Source: Candidatus Eiseniibacteriota bacterium (GTDB taxonomy: Bacteria > Eisenbacteria > RBG-16-71-46). Taken from it: a stretch of DNA of 64,000 nucleotides. A program made the translations under genes and the position numbers. The notes beneath the pieces were generated by a model that worked only from the letters and a program-made list of their open reading frames with translations, was not told where the DNA came from and made no database searches. The stretch is from NCBI GenBank assembly GCA_044222065.1, contig JBGAOA010000003.1, forward strand, positions 1 through 64,000, read 5' to 3'. This document shows, in pieces, positions 19,268 to 28,428 of this stretch (the first letter of the stretch is position 1; the number at the start of each line of letters is the position of its first letter).

Positions 19268-20716
19268 ATGAGATTCGTCTGGCCCCTTTCGGTCGCCTGC
19301 GCGCTCTTGATCTCCACGCCCGCCCGCTCCGCCGACCTCGCGTTCCCGGCCACGCCGCAAGGGGCGCACGCGTTCGCCTACTTCGCCGCGTTCAACGCGG
19401 GCGAGGAGGCGATGCGCGCGTTCTGGACGACGCACGGTTCGACGAAGGCGCTCGCGCAGCGCCCGGTCGGGGCGCGGCTCGGCGTCTACCGGAACATGCG
19501 CGACGAATTCGGCGCGCTCACGCCGGTCCGCATCGGCGCGAGCGACGCGGAGGGCATCGAGGTGCACGTCCGCACCGAGCACGGCCCCGCGATCCGCATC
19601 CGGTTCCAGTGCGAGGCCGAGGATCCGTTCGGAGTGATCGCGCTGCGCGTCGAGGACGAGGGCGGCGGCGAGGACGGGCGCGGCGCGCCTCCGCCCGAGC
19701 CGGCCGGTCCGCCGCCCGGCGACGACGCGATCGTCGCCTCGCTCGGCGGCGAGCTCGATTCGCTCGCGAAGGCGGGCGCGTTCTCGGGCGTGGCGCTGCT
19801 CGACAAGGACGGCGCGACGCTGTTCGGACGCGCGTACGGGCTCGCCTCGCGCACGGCCCACACGCCGAACCGGCTCGACACGCGCTTCAACCTCGCCTCG
19901 ATCAACAAGATCTTCACGCACGTCGCGATCCTGCAGCTCGCCGAGGCGGGCAAGCTGTCGCTCGACGACACCGTGGACCGCTTCCTCGGCGACTACCCGC
20001 GCGAAGCGGCGAAGAAGATCACGATCCGCATGCTGCTCGACCACCGCGGCGGCGTGCCCGACGTGCTCGAGCATCCGCGGCTCGCGGAGTCGCCCGCGAG
20101 CGTGCGCTCGGCGGCCGACTGGTACGCGCTCGTGAAGGGCCTGCCGCTCGACTTCGAGCCCGGCACGCGCGAGCGCTATTCGAACGGCGGCTTCGTCCTG
20201 CTCGGCGAGATCGTCGCGCGCGTCTCGGGCGAGGACTACTACGACTACGTGAGGAAGCACGTGTACGCGCCGGCCGGCATGACGCGCAGCGATCACTACG
20301 CGGAGGACGAGAAGGTCGAAGGACGCGCGACGCCGTACACGAGCGACGAGTCGTCGTCGCGCGCGAAAGCGGATCCGCGTGCGGGCGCGCACGTCGCCGG
20401 GCTTCCGGGGCGCGGGAGTGCGGCGGGCGGCGGTTACTCGACGGCCGGCGACCTCGTGCGGTTCGCGCGCGCGCTGCGCGCGGGGAAGCTGCTCGATCTC
20501 TCGAAGGGCGAGGGGCCGATCGGCGCCGCTCCGGCGTTCGGGATCGCGGGCGGCTCGCCCGGGGTGAACGGCCTTCTCGTGCTCGAGGGCCCGTACACGC
20601 TCGTCGTGCTCGCGAACACCGATCCGCCCGCGGCCGAGCGCTTCGCGCGCACCGTCGGCCGCATGCCCGCGCGCGCGAGCGCGGGCGGCGCGCGACGCGA
20701 GGCCGGAGCGCACTGA
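19268..20716 (+). CDS. Secreted serine hydrolase, beta-lactamase/AmpC-like family
   Basis: Signal peptide; FNLASINK (SxxK), LLDHRGG, RYSNGGF (YxN), AAGGGYSTAGDL. Confidence 0.9.
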   Translation: MRFVWPLSVACALLISTPARSADLAFPATPQGAHAFAYFAAFNAGEEAMRAFWTTHGSTKALAQRPVGARLGVYRNMRDEFGALTPVRIGASDAEGIEVHVRTEHGPAIRIRFQCEAEDPFGVIALRVEDEGGGEDGRGAPPPEPAGPPPGDDAIVASLGGELDSLAKAGAFSGVALLDKDGATLFGRAYGLASRTAHTPNRLDTRFNLASINKIFTHVAILQLAEAGKLSLDDTVDRFLGDYPREAAKKITIRMLLDHRGGVPDVLEHPRLAESPASVRSAADWYALVKGLPLDFEPGTRERYSNGGFVLLGEIVARVSGEDYYDYVRKHVYAPAGMTRSDHYAEDEKVEGRATPYTSDESSSRAKADPRAGAHVAGLPGRGSAAGGGYSTAGDLVRFARALRAGKLLDLSKGEGPIGAAPAFGIAGGSPGVNGLLVLEGPYTLVVLANTDPPAAERFARTVGRMPARASAGGARREAGAH

Positions 20717-20895
20717 GCGCGGCGTGGCGCCGCGGCGGACGGCGGCGCGCGGCGCGCACGGGGCGCCGCGGCCCGCGCGCCCCGAAACACTTCGGGCCGG
20801 GACGTTGCCGTCCCGGCCCTGGTGTCCGGCGCACGCTGAGGACCCCTCGGTGAATCACCCTCGAACGCGGCCGAACCTCTCGCCGCTCGCGCGGC

Positions 20896-23295
20896 TCACA
20901 GTTGCCACAGGTAGCTGAATTTCGTGAACACGCTGCTGCGTGCGGGGCGCAGATCGTCCGTCGCGCGCCCGTCGAGCACGGAACCGTAGCCGACGTACAG
21001 CACCGTTCCGGGGCGCACATAGTAGCTGACGAGCACGTCGGGGGTCAGCACCTGAGTGCGCTCGAGCTCGACGCCGTTCGCGTCGTAAAAGCGTCGCGAC
21101 TGGAGTTCGGTGATCCAGCGTACCGACAACTCCCGCGAGAACTGGTAGCTCAGACGCACGCGCGGGATGAAGGCTTCGGCGAAGCGCGAGTCGCCCGATC
21201 CGCGCCACACCGTGCTGCCGTTCAGCTGCACGCTGCCGTCGAATTGCGAGCCGAAACGAAATGCCGCTTCGACCTCCCAACGGCGATCGTGTCCGCGTTG
21301 AGTCTCGGCAAACACCACCTGGTCGCCCCACACGTAGAGCGCGCTCGGCTGGAACGAGCGCAGGCGCGAGCTTCCCGCCCAGACGGCGTGCCGGTAGAGG
21401 TTGTAGAAGTCCACGCCGTTGTGCCGCACGAATCGCCGCACGTTCTCCGTGCCGACGTACTCGTTGCGCGGCAGGTCGATCTCCTGCGAGAGCGAGACCA
21501 CGTCCTCGACGGGCGTGCGTCCGTCCCAGCTCCAGTCGCGCTCGGCGTAGATCGGGAAGTGAACGGCCGTGAACCACTGGCCGGGCTTGCCCCAGAGGTG
21601 CGGCCGGATCCACGTCGAGGCGCCGCGCAGGTCGGTGCGCTGGATGAAGCCCATGTCGGCGGCGAACGCCGGTGAGAAGCCGAACGTGCCGACGCCGGCG
21701 TTGAGGGCGCGCGTGTCGCGCCCGACCTCGACGGAATAGTGGTCGCCCTGGCGCTGGTCGCCCTCGAGGTCCGAGAGTCCGGCGGGGGCCGTCGCCTGCT
21801 CGGCCGGCGTGAGCGCGGCGAGCGCGCCCCGGTAGTCCTGGTCGCGCTGCCAGCTGTGCGCGCCGATGAACGACAGGCTGTAGCGGTCGGCCCAGCGCAG
21901 GCGGCCGTCCACGGCCGCGCCGCGGTTGTACTGGTCTTCGAACGTGCGGTCGCCCGCGAGCAGGCCGACGTACGAGTTCGAGAACACGTCGCGCTTCACG
22001 CGCGCGATCGTGAACTGCGCGTCGTGGTCCGCGTACGGATTCACCCGGTCGGGCAGGCCGTCGACGCCCCGCCCCGCGCTGCGATCGGCGGCGTTCAGGA
22101 CGCCGATCGCCGTGCGCCCGACCTTGCCCGTGAGCTTCGCGCCGTAGAGCGGGTCCACGATGCGGCGCGTGTACAGCAGGTTCGTCGGCGTCGTGAAGAG
22201 GTCGCTGCCCTCGAGGAAGAACGGGCGCTTCTCGTCGAAGAAGATCGCGAAGCGCTCGTTGATGTTCGCGACGCCCGCGTCGGCCTCGACCTGCGAGAAG
22301 TCGGGCGTCATCGCGACGTCGGCGATCAGGTTCGAGGTCAGCCCGAGCTTCGCGCCGAGTCCGAAGCGCCCGACGGGCTCGTTCCAGTCGAGGCGCGAGG
22401 GCGCGCGCTCGGCGAGCGTCGTGGTCGTGAACGTCGGATTCACTTCGAGGTTGCGCCCCGGCGCGATGCCGGTGAGCCCCGCGAGCTTCCCGATCTGCGA
22501 GTGGTAGCTGTTGACGTTGCGGCTCACCGGCGCCCAGTAGAGGTGCGCGCCGCTGCGCCGGATGTCGCGGATCGCCTGGAAGCCGAACCGCACGCGCTCG
22601 CGCGGCGGGAAGCGCAGCGTGCGGAACGGAATCGCGAACTCGACCTCGTAGCCGTCGGCGGTGAGGCGGCCGCGCGAGCGGTACTGGAAGTCCGGCGCCA
22701 TGTCGCTGTCACGGCCCTCCTGGTCCACGCCGTCCATCTGGATGCCGAGCGGGCTCGCGCACAGGAAGAACGAGCGCTGCTGGTCGTCGTAGGTGTCGAG
22801 CGAGACGCCGACCCAGTCGCCCTGGCCGATCTGGTCGCGCGGCACGATCGGCGCGCGCACCTGCGAGGGATCGTCCTTCGCGCGGAACGCCACGTAGAGG
22901 TTCGCGTCGTCGTACATCACCATCGCGACCGTCCCGAGCGTGTCGCGCACGCCCTCGACCGGGCGGGAATGCGTGAACGAATCGAGCACCGCGGCCTCCG
23001 CCCACGCGGCGTCGTCGAGCGCGCCGTCGATCACGGGGGCGCGCCCGATGCGCGGCGGCTCGCACAGGGTCTGGCCGGCGGCGCCGACGAACAGCAGCTT
23101 CGGCGTGATGCCGGGCGATCGCAGCGGCGCAGCGGCGTCGGAAAGGTCGGAGGAGGCGCGAGCGGCGAGCGCGAGCGGCGGGAGCGAGTCGCGGCGCGAC
23201 GGCGCGGGCCGGGGCGCAGCGTGAACGATCGGGCTCGCGACGGCGACCGCGAGCACGAGGCTCGCGCCGGCGGCGAAGACGGGGAGCTTCGGCAC
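20896..23295 (-). CDS. DUF5916 / CBM9-like outer-membrane protein, paralog 1
   Basis: PVIDGALDDAAW, EFAIPFRTLRF, PDFSQVEAD, EKRPFFLEG, C-terminal KFSYLWQL; GGAG before GTG 23295. Confidence 0.85.
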   Translation of the reverse strand: MPKLPVFAAGASLVLAVAVASPIVHAAPRPAPSRRDSLPPLALAARASSDLSDAAAPLRSPGITPKLLFVGAAGQTLCEPPRIGRAPVIDGALDDAAWAEAAVLDSFTHSRPVEGVRDTLGTVAMVMYDDANLYVAFRAKDDPSQVRAPIVPRDQIGQGDWVGVSLDTYDDQQRSFFLCASPLGIQMDGVDQEGRDSDMAPDFQYRSRGRLTADGYEVEFAIPFRTLRFPPRERVRFGFQAIRDIRRSGAHLYWAPVSRNVNSYHSQIGKLAGLTGIAPGRNLEVNPTFTTTTLAERAPSRLDWNEPVGRFGLGAKLGLTSNLIADVAMTPDFSQVEADAGVANINERFAIFFDEKRPFFLEGSDLFTTPTNLLYTRRIVDPLYGAKLTGKVGRTAIGVLNAADRSAGRGVDGLPDRVNPYADHDAQFTIARVKRDVFSNSYVGLLAGDRTFEDQYNRGAAVDGRLRWADRYSLSFIGAHSWQRDQDYRGALAALTPAEQATAPAGLSDLEGDQRQGDHYSVEVGRDTRALNAGVGTFGFSPAFAADMGFIQRTDLRGASTWIRPHLWGKPGQWFTAVHFPIYAERDWSWDGRTPVEDVVSLSQEIDLPRNEYVGTENVRRFVRHNGVDFYNLYRHAVWAGSSRLRSFQPSALYVWGDQVVFAETQRGHDRRWEVEAAFRFGSQFDGSVQLNGSTVWRGSGDSRFAEAFIPRVRLSYQFSRELSVRWITELQSRRFYDANGVELERTQVLTPDVLVSYYVRPGTVLYVGYGSVLDGRATDDLRPARSSVFTKFSYLWQL

Positions 23296-23454
23296 GGGCG
23301 GTTCTCCAGGACGGTGGAGGCGTCGCCGTCCACGCGGCGACGACGCGCACCCTAGCCGCCGCACGCGGCCGCAGTTATCAAGGCTTGGAAAGGCGGCGCC
23401 CGGCGCGGGGGAAAGCGGGGACGAGCGCGCGTCGGAGCGCGGCGAACGGACGGA

Positions 23455-25731
23455 TCAGAGCTGGAACAGCCAGCTCGCCTTCGTGAACAGGCGGTTCTCG
23501 CGCGGCCGCACGTCGAACGCGCCCGGTCCCTCAAGCGCGGCGCCGTAGCCGGCGTACACCGCCGTTCCGGGGCGGAGCAGCCACGTCACGAGCACGTCCG
23601 TCGTGAGCCCGTGCTCGCGCCGCGTCATCGCGCCGGACTCGCTCCAGCGGTGCTCGACGTCGAGCTCGTGGATCCAGCGCACCGACAGCTCGCGCGACCA
23701 CTGCCAGTCGAAGCGCAGCCGCGGGATCCATTGCTCGGCCGCGCGCGTGCCTCCGCCCTTGCGCCACAGGCGCGTGCCGTGGATCGCAGTCGTGACCTTG
23801 AAGCGCGCCGACGGACGCAGCGTCGCCTCGATCTCGGTGCGCACGCTGCGCGCGCGGCGCGCCTCCTCGAACAGCACGTCGTCGCCGAAGCTCGCGAAGC
23901 CGCCGAAGTGGAGCCACGCGAGGTAGTCCGAGCCGCCGAAGACCCAGGCGCGCCACTGGTCGCGGTATTCGCGCCCGTCCTCGAACGTGAAGTAGCGCCC
24001 GACGCCCGGGCCGACGTTCGAGGCGGTCATGAACTCGACTTCGAACTCGGCCTCGATCGACTCGTCGAGCAGCCGGCCCGGCGCGAACGGAGCGCCCTCG
24101 ACCTCGCTCGTCCGGTTCCAGGTCAGCATCGGCGTCGCCTTCGCGTACGCGGCGCCGTCGCCGCCGAAGAACCGGCGCTCGGCGTGGCCGCCGTGCTCGA
24201 ACACGCCGCGGCGCGGGACGAAGCCGAGATCGGCGGTGAAGTCGCTCGAGATCGCCTTCGCGTACGCGCTCAGCTCGCGCGACCGGTCCTCGTATCCGCC
24301 GCGCACGATCCACGCGCGGCCGCTCGCGAGCGCGCCCGCGTGACCGCCGGGCTCGTCCTCGAGCGCGTCCGGATCGGCGCCGGGCGCCGCGAGCGCGACC
24401 TGCGCGGCGAGGTACGCGGGGCCGGCGGCGATCCGGCCGTCGGCCGCGAGGCCGCGCTGGTACGTCTCGAGCTGCTCGCGGGCGCTCGCGAGCAGCCCGA
24501 CGTACGAGCTTCCGAACACGTCGCGCTCGAGCCGCACCAGCGAGCACGCCGCGTCGCGGTCGAAGTAGGGGTTCGCCCCGTCGGGGATGCCCGCGACGGA
24601 CTCGCCGTCCGCGCGGTCGAGCGCGCCGAGCACGCCGATCGCCGTCGCGCCGGATTTGCCGGTGAGCCGCGCGCCGACGCGCGGATCGCGGATGCGCCGC
24701 GTGTACACGAGGTCGAGCGGCGTCTTGAACAGGTCGCTGCCGCCGAGGAAGAACGGCCGCTTCTCGGCGAAGAACAGGTCGAAGCGCTGGTTCAGCTCGA
24801 CGACTCCGGCGTCCGCCTCGATCTGCGAGAAGTCGGGGTCGAGCGTCGCATCGGCGACGAGGCTGGACGTGAGTCCGTACTGAACGTCCACGCCCGCCCG
24901 CGTCTCGGCGTCGCCGTAGCTCAGCCCGCCGGCGCCGGCCTCGCCCGCGACCTGCGCGTTGGCGTAGGGCGTGACCTGCAGCGCGCGCCCCGGATGGATG
25001 CCCGTGAGCCCGCCCATCGTGCCGAACTGCCCGTGGAACGTGCTGACGTCCGAGCGCACGGGCGCCCACATCAGCTCTTCGCCCGTGCGCTGCACGTTGC
25101 GCAACACCTGCAGGCCGAAGGCGAGCGTGTCGCGGCGCGGGAAGCGCAGGCTGCGGAACGGCACCGCCAGTTCGAGCTCCCAGCCCTCGGGCGTGAGACG
25201 GCCGCGCGAGTCGAACTGGAAGTCGGGCGCGTCGTCGTAGTCCGCCGCGTCGCTGTTGAGGCCGTCGAGCTGCACGCCGAGCGGGTTCGCGCCGAGCACG
25301 ATCGAGCGCTGCCGGTCGAGGAACGTGTCGAGCGCGATCGCGAGTTCGTCGCCCTCGCCGGTCTGGTCGCGCGGCACGAGCGGGGCGCGCACGCCGCCCG
25401 CGTGGTCGCGGGCGCGCACGCCGAAGTACAGGCGCGTCGCGTCGTACAGCACCCACACCTCGGTGCCGAGCGTGTCGGGCACGCCCTCGACCGGCTCGGT
25501 GTGAGTGAACGAGTCGAGCACGGCGGCTTCCGCCCACACGGCGTCGTCGAGCCGCCCGTCGATCACGGGGCCGTGCGCGACGCGCGGCGCGACGAAGGCG
25601 GCCGGCGCGGTCGTTCCGTGGACCCGCCCGGCGGCGCGGGCGGGCAGCGCGGAGGCGCCGAACGCCAGCGCGGCGCCGAGCACGAGCGCCGCGCGGCGCG
25701 CGGCGGAAGCGAGGCGGGAAGAGCGGCCCAT
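23455..25731 (-). CDS. DUF5916 / CBM9-like outer-membrane protein, paralog 2
   Basis: [42 protein letters not shown]-terminal KASWLFQL. Confidence 0.85.
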   Translation of the reverse strand: MGRSSRLASAARRAALVLGAALAFGASALPARAAGRVHGTTAPAAFVAPRVAHGPVIDGRLDDAVWAEAAVLDSFTHTEPVEGVPDTLGTEVWVLYDATRLYFGVRARDHAGGVRAPLVPRDQTGEGDELAIALDTFLDRQRSIVLGANPLGVQLDGLNSDAADYDDAPDFQFDSRGRLTPEGWELELAVPFRSLRFPRRDTLAFGLQVLRNVQRTGEELMWAPVRSDVSTFHGQFGTMGGLTGIHPGRALQVTPYANAQVAGEAGAGGLSYGDAETRAGVDVQYGLTSSLVADATLDPDFSQIEADAGVVELNQRFDLFFAEKRPFFLGGSDLFKTPLDLVYTRRIRDPRVGARLTGKSGATAIGVLGALDRADGESVAGIPDGANPYFDRDAACSLVRLERDVFGSSYVGLLASAREQLETYQRGLAADGRIAAGPAYLAAQVALAAPGADPDALEDEPGGHAGALASGRAWIVRGGYEDRSRELSAYAKAISSDFTADLGFVPRRGVFEHGGHAERRFFGGDGAAYAKATPMLTWNRTSEVEGAPFAPGRLLDESIEAEFEVEFMTASNVGPGVGRYFTFEDGREYRDQWRAWVFGGSDYLAWLHFGGFASFGDDVLFEEARRARSVRTEIEATLRPSARFKVTTAIHGTRLWRKGGGTRAAEQWIPRLRFDWQWSRELSVRWIHELDVEHRWSESGAMTRREHGLTTDVLVTWLLRPGTAVYAGYGAALEGPGAFDVRPRENRLFTKASWLFQL

Positions 25732-25782
25732 CGGGGCGCCGAATCTACCGCCCGGCCGCGCGCGGGGCGAAGCGCAATCACC

Positions 25783-25810
25783 GGGAACCTCGACGGGCCG
25801 CACGGCATTC
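25783..25810 (+). promoter_or_regulatory. Putative ECF autoregulatory promoter (GGGAAC-N16-GCATTC)
   Basis: Exact motif upstream of the sigma gene. Confidence 0.75.
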
Positions 25811-25873
25811 CATTCGGCGCGCGGGGAACCCCCCCGCGCGACTCCCCGAGGGCCTGCTATGCTCCCCGCGGCC

Positions 25874-26494
25874 ATGAACGAACCGAATGCTTCGCCGCCA
25901 TCGGCTGCGTCCGTCGCGCCCTCGTTCGAGGAGCTGCTGACGCCGCTGCTCCCGGCCGCTTACGGCGCCGCGCTGCACATGGCGCGCAATCGCGCGGACG
26001 CGGAGGACATCGTGCAGGAGGCGGCCTACAACGCCTGCCGGGCGTTCCACCAGTTCCAGCCCGGAACGAACTTCAAGGCGTGGTTCTTCCGCATCCTCAC
26101 GAACTGCTTCCTGTACCGCTACCGCAAGAAGAAGCGCGGCCCCGAGCTCGTGAATCTCGAGGACGCCTCCGAACTGCATCTCTACGTCCAGACCGCCGCC
26201 TCGGGTCTGATGGGTCCCGACGAGGATCCGGCCTCGGTCGTGCTCGACAAGATCGAACGCGAGCACGTCGTGGCCGCGATCGAGGCGCTGCCGGTGGAAT
26301 ACCGCATGGTCAGCACGATGTACTTCATCGAGGACTTCTCGTACCAGGACATCGCCGAGATGCTCGACATCCCCGTCGGCACCGTTCGTTCGCGGCTCCA
26401 CCGCGGCCGGCGGATGCTGCAGAAGGCGCTCTGGGACCACGCGCGCGATCGCGGGCTCGTGGGGCCGGCGCCGAAGACGACGATCGAGGAGTGA
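25874..26494 (+). CDS. ECF RNA polymerase sigma factor (SigR/SigH-like)
   Basis: [50 protein letters not shown]. Confidence 0.95.
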   Translation: MNEPNASPPSAASVAPSFEELLTPLLPAAYGAALHMARNRADAEDIVQEAAYNACRAFHQFQPGTNFKAWFFRILTNCFLYRYRKKKRGPELVNLEDASELHLYVQTAASGLMGPDEDPASVVLDKIEREHVVAAIEALPVEYRMVSTMYFIEDFSYQDIAEMLDIPVGTVRSRLHRGRRMLQKALWDHARDRGLVGPAPKTTIEE

Positions 26495-26495
26495 C

Positions 26496-26750
26496 TTGAA
26501 GCACATCGACCGATACGCATGCGAGGACGTGTTCCGTCGGCTCGACGATTACGTGGATCGCGAACTGACCGAGGAGGAGGCGCGCCTCGTCCGCGAGCAC
26601 CTCGAAACCTGCGCGCAGTGCGCGCAGGAGCACGCCTTCGAGACGGGGTTCCTCGAGCGCGTGCGCTCGAAGGTGCGCCGGATCGCCGTGCCCGAGGGCT
26701 TGAGCGCGAAGATCGCCGAGGCGATCGAGCGCGCCCGTCGCGAAGGCTGA
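26496..26750 (+). CDS. Zinc-binding anti-sigma factor (zf-HC2, RsrA/RshA-like), copy 1
   Basis: C...YVDREL...HLETCAQC; soluble; directly after the sigma gene. Confidence 0.9.
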   Translation: MKHIDRYACEDVFRRLDDYVDRELTEEEARLVREHLETCAQCAQEHAFETGFLERVRSKVRRIAVPEGLSAKIAEAIERARREG

Positions 26751-26762
26751 GCGCGGCGGCTC

Positions 26763-27563
26763 TCAGCCGCGCGCGGCGTTCACGTCGGCCACGGAAACGC
26801 CGGCGGCCTCCCACACGTCGTCCGGGATGCGCCCCGCGTTCGCGCGCAGCGTGACCAGATCCACGTGGCTCGGCCCGTGGTGCGACAGCTCGCCGAGTCC
26901 GCGCGCCTCGTGCAGCGTCGCGACGGCCACGAGCACCGTTCGCGACAGGATCGCGCCCTCGAGGTTCGCGCCCCCGAGCTTCGCGCCCGTGAGCACCGCG
27001 CGCGACAGGTCGGCCCCGGCGAGATCCGCGCCCGTGAGATCGGCGTCCGAGAGGTCGGCGCCGCCGAAGTTGGCGCCCGCGCAGCGCGCCCCCGCGAGGC
27101 TCGCGAGCCGGAACGTGCCGGCCTCGAAGTCCGCGCCGCGCAGGTCCGCGCGCACGAGCGAGGCGCGCGTGAAGTCCACGCGGCCGGCGCGCGACTCGCG
27201 CAGCACGGCGCCGGGGAATTGCGACCACTGGAAGATCGCGTGTTCGAGCATCGCGCCCGTGAAGTCGGCGCGCTCGAAGTTCGCGGCCAGCGCGCGCACG
27301 TCGGTGAGGTCGGCGCCGCGGAAGCTCGCGCCCGTGAGGTTCGCCGAGCACCAGTCCCCGCCGCGCATCGGCACGCCGTCGAAGCGGGCGCCGGAGAAGT
27401 CGCCGCTCGTGAATTCCGCGAACCTCAGGTCACCGTTCCGGAAGTCCGCGCCCGGCAGGGCGGCGTAGCGCACGGTCGCCTCGCGGAAGCTGTGCTGCGA
27501 AAGGCGATCGACCGCCAGGCGCGCCACGATTTCGCCACTCAGCTTGTGCCGTATTTCGATCAC
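26763..27563 (-). CDS. Pentapeptide repeat protein
   Basis: Extensive A(D/N)(L/F)xx repeats; GGGAGG before GTG 27563. Confidence 0.92.
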   Translation of the reverse strand: MIEIRHKLSGEIVARLAVDRLSQHSFREATVRYAALPGADFRNGDLRFAEFTSGDFSGARFDGVPMRGGDWCSANLTGASFRGADLTDVRALAANFERADFTGAMLEHAIFQWSQFPGAVLRESRAGRVDFTRASLVRADLRGADFEAGTFRLASLAGARCAGANFGGADLSDADLTGADLAGADLSRAVLTGAKLGGANLEGAILSRTVLVAVATLHEARGLGELSHHGPSHVDLVTLRANAGRIPDDVWEAAGVSVADVNAARG

Positions 27564-27592
27564 CCACGCCTCCCGCCGCGTCCGCGGCCGTC

Positions 27593-27620
27593 GGGAACCG
27601 CTCCGGTCCCGGCGGCATTG
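27593..27620 (+). promoter_or_regulatory. Putative ECF promoter (GGGAAC-N16-GCATTG)
   Basis: One-mismatch motif upstream of the second anti-sigma gene. Confidence 0.6.
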
Positions 27621-27727
27621 TACCCGTCGCGACCGATGCCCGGAACGCTCGATCGTGCAGCCGGGGTGGCCGCCGCGACCCGGCACGAAGCATCTCCGAT
27701 CCACACCCCCTGGGAAGGCGGACCGCG

Positions 27728-27964
27728 ATGACGAGGTACGACTGCGCCGAAGCGTTCTCCCGGGTCCAGGACTATCTGGACCGCGAGCTGAGCGCCGAAG
27801 AGACGGTCCTCGTGCGCGAGCACCTCGAGACCTGCGAGCGCTGCGCGCACGAGTTCCGTTTCGAAGCGCGCGTGCTCGACACGCTCAAGCAGCGGCTGCG
27901 CCGCGTGGACGTCCCCGAATCGCTGCGGGCGCGCGTCGCGCACGCGATCGACGCCGCGCGCTGA
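27728..27964 (+). CDS. Zinc-binding anti-sigma factor (zf-HC2), copy 2
   Basis: C...YLDREL...LVREHLETCERC; colinear with 26496..26750. Confidence 0.88.
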   Translation: MTRYDCAEAFSRVQDYLDRELSAEETVLVREHLETCERCAHEFRFEARVLDTLKQRLRRVDVPESLRARVAHAIDAAR

Positions 27965-27969
27965 AGGGC

Positions 27970-27997
27970 GGGAACCGCGCCGTGCGCGGCGGCATTC
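27970..27997 (+). promoter_or_regulatory. Putative ECF promoter (GGGAAC-N16-GCATTC)
   Basis: Exact motif upstream of the micro-ORF/glucosidase operon. Confidence 0.75.
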
Positions 27998-28045
27998 CTC
28001 CGGCGAGCCCCACGAGTCCCACGCCGCACTCCACGGAGGTGAACC

Positions 28046-28258
28046 ATGAACGTCCGCTCCGCCGCCCGCGATTCGAGACTTCACGCCGCTCCGCGCGCAC
28101 CGTGGCGCGACGAGGAACTGATGCCGTTGCCGCCGCGCCGCGCCGAGTCCCGGCTGGACCGCAACTTCGCCCGCTTGCTGGCGGCCGTGCTGCTGGCCGA
28201 CGATGCCGCCGTCACGGACGACCCGCGCCCGGCGTTCGCGCGCCGCGCGCTCGACTGA
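28046..28258 (+). CDS. Small hypothetical protein (70 aa)
   Basis: Strong GGAGGTGA RBS, directly after the ECF motif. Confidence 0.6.
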   Translation: MNVRSAARDSRLHAAPRAPWRDEELMPLPPRRAESRLDRNFARLLAAVLLADDAAVTDDPRPAFARRALD

Positions 28259-28268
28259 GGAGGGAACG

Positions 28269-28427
28269 ATGCGAGTCTCGAAGCCGAACGCCCGTTCGTC
28301 GCGCGCGAGTGAAGCGCGCGTCCCGCGCTGCCGCTGCGCCGGAGTCTGCCGCTGCGCCGGTCTCGTTCCGTTCCTGCTCTACGAACGCCTCGAACGCGAG
28401 AGCGAGTTCTTCCGGGAGGCGTTCTGA
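28269..28427 (+). CDS. Small Cys-rich protein (52 aa, CRCAGVCRCAG)
   Basis: GAGGAGGG RBS before ATG 28269; stop lies 1 nt before the next ATG. Confidence 0.55.
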   Translation: MRVSKPNARSSRASEARVPRCRCAGVCRCAGLVPFLLYERLERESEFFREAF

Positions 28428-28428
28428 C

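Noticed and set aside
19268..20716. Antibiotic-resistance beta-lactamase call
   Set aside because: The motifs support only the broad serine hydrolase family; substrate cannot be inferred. Likewise the VanZ-like and pentapeptide genes are not evidence of resistance.
25824..25863. Extra GGGAAC copies (25824, also 28262 and 58812)
   Set aside because: No GC(A/G)TT at 16-nt spacing. The latter two are part of RBS regions; the first is followed by a separate TGcTATGCT extended -10.
27544..28428. Apparent ~295-aa N-terminal extension of the GH63 glucosidase in the ORF track
   Set aside because: It overlaps the anti-sigma and two micro-ORFs; a GGGAGG RBS supports ATG 28429. The same applies to the apparent extensions of aspS, GDE, GMC, VOC and FRG.
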